Origin: Nanobdellati archaeon
Lineage (GTDB): Archaea; EX4484-52; GLR71
Length of the DNA: 64,000 nucleotides
Reading direction: 5' to 3'
NCBI GenBank assembly: GCA_019429125.1
Contig: JAHYJO010000001.1
Coordinates: 84,176 to 148,175, forward strand
Position numbers and translations under genes: made by a program. This document shows, piece by piece, positions 60,653-64,000 of the stretch (its first letter is position 1; each line of letters starts with the position of its first letter). The notes under the pieces are model-generated. The model saw only the letters and a list, made by a program, of their open reading frames with translations, was not told the origin of the DNA and searched no databases.

Positions 60653-61411
60653 ATGATTCTTAAAGTTGCATATGTAGGCAAGGATTTTTGTGGGTCACAG
60701 ATACAGGTTAAAGGAAGGACTGTTGAAGGTGAAGTAATATCTGCTCTTGAACGGCTTGATTTTATTGATGAGGATGCACCAAGGTTTAGGATTATTAGCC
60801 GGACTGATAAAGGTGTTTCGGCATGCTGCAATCTTGCAAGACTTGAATCTAAAAAAAATATTGATATTGAACGGTTGAATCATGAATTACCAACAGATGT
60901 CTTTATTCTTGGTAAGAGTGAAGGCATGTTACATTTACCTGTCAAGAAACATTATGTATATATTGTTGATGCTTCAACTGCAAAGAAGATTGAGGTCAGT
61001 AAACTTAGCTATGTTGCAACTATTTTTTCTGGTAAACATGATTTTTCTAATTTTGCGAGGATTGAAAAAGACAATGGAAAAACAACATTTAGAGAGATTG
61101 AGGTTACAGTTGAAGCTTTTGGGAATTTGGTATTGATTCACTTTTATGGTACTGGTTTTTTATGGCAGATGATACGGCGTATTGTAAGATGTATGTATGA
61201 TTTTTCATTTGGTAAAATAAATGATTCATATATTTTAGGACTTTTGGATTGTAACATATCTAAAAATTATTCTGCAGCAGATGCTTGCAATCTTATCCTT
61301 GTTGATATTGATTGTGGACTAAAGTTTGACTCTGAATCTTATGTAAGGAAATATATAGATCAAAAAATGGGCTTGCTGGAGAGAGAGATGTTCTTTTTTA
61401 GTCAACTATAA
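60653..61411 (+). CDS. truA: tRNA pseudouridine(38-40) synthase
   Basis: 'LKVAYVG..FCGSQIQ...TVEG', 'SRTDKGVSA', 'GKHDFSNF', 'FLWQMIRRIV'. Confidence 0.92.
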   Translation: MILKVAYVGKDFCGSQIQVKGRTVEGEVISALERLDFIDEDAPRFRIISRTDKGVSACCNLARLESKKNIDIERLNHELPTDVFILGKSEGMLHLPVKKHYVYIVDASTAKKIEVSKLSYVATIFSGKHDFSNFARIEKDNGKTTFREIEVTVEAFGNLVLIHFYGTGFLWQMIRRIVRCMYDFSFGKINDSYILGLLDCNISKNYSAADACNLILVDIDCGLKFDSESYVRKYIDQKMGLLEREMFFFSQL

Positions 61412-64000
61412 ATCTCTCTTTCTCCAGCTTTTTTGCGAGGTATGCTACCTCATTATGAGCTACTTCTTTGATATCTTGCGATATCCTTTGTTCTGTTTTA
61501 TTTATTGTATCTAAGACTTGTTTGGGCAAAGTCGTTAGTACTTTTTCTGCTTGTTCAAAGTTGTACATTGTGTTTGCTTGTGCTATATAGGGGGGGTTCA
61601 TAGGGTTAGTTGTTTCAATCGGTTTGAAACTATAATTTCTGGATGATTGTCTAGTTTTTGTTTTTACAAAAATTCCAGCAACTATAGTTAGAGCTGCAAG
61701 AATCATTAGCCACCAGTAATCCAGTATGCTTTTTTTTGTTGTTATTTCAGTCGTATTGTCAGATTGTGCTTTATTTTTGTATATGATATCTGTTGCGAAT
61801 ATTTTTGGTTTTGAAAAATATATGATATCTTTTGGATTTATGTATCTGTCTGTTTTATATTCTGTGCGTATGTATGTATTAGGTTCTAATCTTGGATAGA
61901 TTATAAGATATGAATTTGTAGTTTTATCAATTATTATTTTTGCTGAAGTGTCTGTAAATAAAATATTGTCAGTTGTTATAATTTCAGTCGGTAATGTTTC
62001 ATAAATTGCAAAATTGCTCAATACCTCATTTCCTGTGTAATGTGTGTTTATTCCAATAATCTCATTTCCGTTTTCATTAAGTGTTATGTCTCTTGTAATT
62101 TCTATGTATTTACCTATTTTTTCTGTATCTTGTGATATACTTAAAATGTCTGTTTCTGATAATTTTCCGAAGTATTTTTCAAGAAGACTATATATATTTA
62201 AATTATTATTTATTATTTTTTTAATTTCTATGTTATTGTCATTATAAGTATAAGTTATGTCTGTAATATCTTTAAGATAATTATCATTTGAGTCAGTATC
62301 TGTAGTATTGTATGTATTGTTTTTTGTAGGTGTTATTGTGGTTGGTGCACTAAAACCTGCCGACGGTGAATCTCTTGAACTGCTACTACTACAAGTTGTG
62401 CAGAGGGGTGTAAGTGAGATTTGTGTTATGTTATTGTAGGTTTCACCTACTGTTATATTGAATTCTATTGTGGTTGTTGTAATAAAACCTGTTTTTGAGA
62501 TAATAAGATGTAATGTTTCATTGTATGCTGTTGCGTTGACTTGCAACATTACACGGCCTTGTGCATCTGTGATACTGTTTGTAAGCAGAGTTGTTGCGTT
62601 CCAATAAAGTGTTGTTTGTGCGCCAGATATTGGTGTTGTTTCCGATAATATTGTGATATTTATGTATGCCATGTCATTTTGCTTTAGGTATATGTCTTGT
62701 TCTGTATTGAAATCGGTTGCAGTTGTATTGAAAGTGGTTTCATTGTCTGAAGTATAGTTAATGCTACTTGCGTTGATTCTGTATATACTATCATAGAGGT
62801 CTGTGAAATTAGCGATACTATTTGTTGTGATTATTGTGTTTGGATCTCCAGTTTTGTTTAATGTTAATCCTGTGTTATTTGTAAGGCTTACAGTTATTGT
62901 GTTGTTTGTAATTTGTGTTTTTGAAGTATTGTATATATCTTTTAAGTCGTAAGCGTTTACAGTTATATTTATTATTCTCTCAATTGCCGTGACTTCAATA
63001 TATGTTGTGTTTCCTATTGTTTGTGTGATTGTGATTTTTTGTGGTATAAAGTAGTTGTTGTCTGTGAATTCTGTAGTGTTTGTGAAAGTTATATTGTAAT
63101 TTCCTTTAAGTATCTGTGTCTTGTTAAACCATCCGTTTGTGTCTGTCTGTCCAGTGAATGATGTTGGTCCATTGACTGTTATGCTTATATTTTCAAGGTT
63201 GTCTCCAGTCTGGTTTATTACTCTAATTGAAATCCTGCTTTCGTTAAGTGTTACAGGTGTCTGTATTGTTGTTCCTGCGTTTATGTCATCAATATCTATA
63301 TTTATTGGAGACCCTATGAAATAATCACTTTCAAATGTGATTATGTAATTGCCTGAAATAATTTTGCTGAAGGTTGCAGTATCATTTTCAATCGATATTG
63401 AACTTGGTGTATTTCCTGTCAATGTTACAGTTGTGTTGTGTACTGAGTTTCCTAGATTGCTTGTAAGACTTAGATTTATTTTGGTTGTTTTTATTGTAAG
63501 TGTTATAGGGTTATATCCTGCAGTAATTATTATGTTTTCATTTATGTTACCATAACCTAATGTTGTTCCATCTGCAATGATTTTATAGGCACCAATCTTT
63601 GTGGTATTTCCATCTATGAAAAAATTAACTCGTCCATTTTCATTTGTGTAGTCTTCTATAATATCTCCAAATGCAATTGATTCTATTGTGATTGCTGCAG
63701 TTTCAATCTCTGCGTTGTAATCATCAAGTATATACATATTTAAAATGGCTTGGTGTGTTCCTAAAAGATAATAATCTTCGTTTAGGTGTGGTTCTGTATA
63801 AGCTTGAGTTTCATTATACAATATGTTTGATTCATTATCTGAAAAGGATAATATGTATGGTTTATAGTGTGGATTGACTTTAAAACTATATATTCCATTT
63901 TCATCTGTGGTGGTCCTATATATTTCATCTCGTGAATTATCTAAATATATCACAAGAATATTACTTGAGATGATTCCTCCATCAAAATTAAATATAGTTC
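61398..64000 (-). CDS. large membrane-anchored surface glycoprotein, 3' part (5' end beyond the window)
   Basis: The frame is open to the window end; repeated carboxypeptidase-regulatory-like beta units (TTTDENG, QTDTNG, ITDAQG), a Ser linker, and a TM helix 'WWLMILAALTIVAGIFV'. Confidence 0.85.
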   Translation of the reverse strand, partial: TIFNFDGGIISSNILVIYLDNSRDEIYRTTTDENGIYSFKVNPHYKPYILSFSDNESNILYNETQAYTEPHLNEDYYLLGTHQAILNMYILDDYNAEIETAAITIESIAFGDIIEDYTNENGRVNFFIDGNTTKIGAYKIIADGTTLGYGNINENIIITAGYNPITLTIKTTKINLSLTSNLGNSVHNTTVTLTGNTPSSISIENDTATFSKIISGNYIITFESDYFIGSPINIDIDDINAGTTIQTPVTLNESRISIRVINQTGDNLENISITVNGPTSFTGQTDTNGWFNKTQILKGNYNITFTNTTEFTDNNYFIPQKITITQTIGNTTYIEVTAIERIINITVNAYDLKDIYNTSKTQITNNTITVSLTNNTGLTLNKTGDPNTIITTNSIANFTDLYDSIYRINASSINYTSDNETTFNTTATDFNTEQDIYLKQNDMAYINITILSETTPISGAQTTLYWNATTLLTNSITDAQGRVMLQVNATAYNETLHLIISKTGFITTTTIEFNITVGETYNNITQISLTPLCTTCSSSSSRDSPSAGFSAPTTITPTKNNTYNTTDTDSNDNYLKDITDITYTYNDNNIEIKKIINNNLNIYSLLEKYFGKLSETDILSISQDTEKIGKYIEITRDITLNENGNEIIGINTHYTGNEVLSNFAIYETLPTEIITTDNILFTDTSAKIIIDKTTNSYLIIYPRLEPNTYIRTEYKTDRYINPKDIIYFSKPKIFATDIIYKNKAQSDNTTEITTKKSILDYWWLMILAALTIVAGIFVKTKTRQSSRNYSFKPIETTNPMNPPYIAQANTMYNFEQAEKVLTTLPKQVLDTINKTEQRISQDIKEVAHNEVAYLAKKLEKERFIVD

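Overview
An AT-rich archaeal chromosome segment, most likely from a DPANN lineage. This is inferred from the S-layer type, thermosome, Hel308, Pth2, deoxyhypusine synthase, GGTGA ribosome-binding sites and intron-containing tRNAs. Housekeeping genes: truD, truA, pth2, Rqc2/NEMF, dys, hel308, a glmS-glmM-glmU operon, thermosome, and AmmeMemoRadiSam S and A. Surface genes: an S-layer protein, several very large surface proteins, and a 10-kb type IV pilus locus with six class-III-signal-peptide proteins. RNA genes: tRNA-Val(TAC), tRNA-Leu(CAA) with a non-canonical D-loop intron, and a rare tRNA-Ile(TAT) with a canonical intron. Non-obvious structure read from the sequence: (1) a family of ~58-bp repeats delimiting gene-sized accessory cassettes between the S-layer gene and truD, with repeats and cargo decaying together in one direction (candidate gene-capture array); (2) a three-copy 168-bp MITE with 8-bp target duplications, one copy abutting a truncated beta-propeller gene; (3) a decayed three-gene module built around a caspase/gingipain-like protease; (4) a membrane-anchored wHTH regulator next to a DUF5667-like gene whose promoter has three 10-bp-phased direct repeats; (5) an HTH regulator whose C-terminal domain resembles the S-layer scaffold, divergent from glmSMU; (6) a shared six-Cys C-terminal module in the pilus locus; (7) an unexplained multi-hairpin non-coding element. 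Family assignments come from motif recognition by eye, not from database searches.
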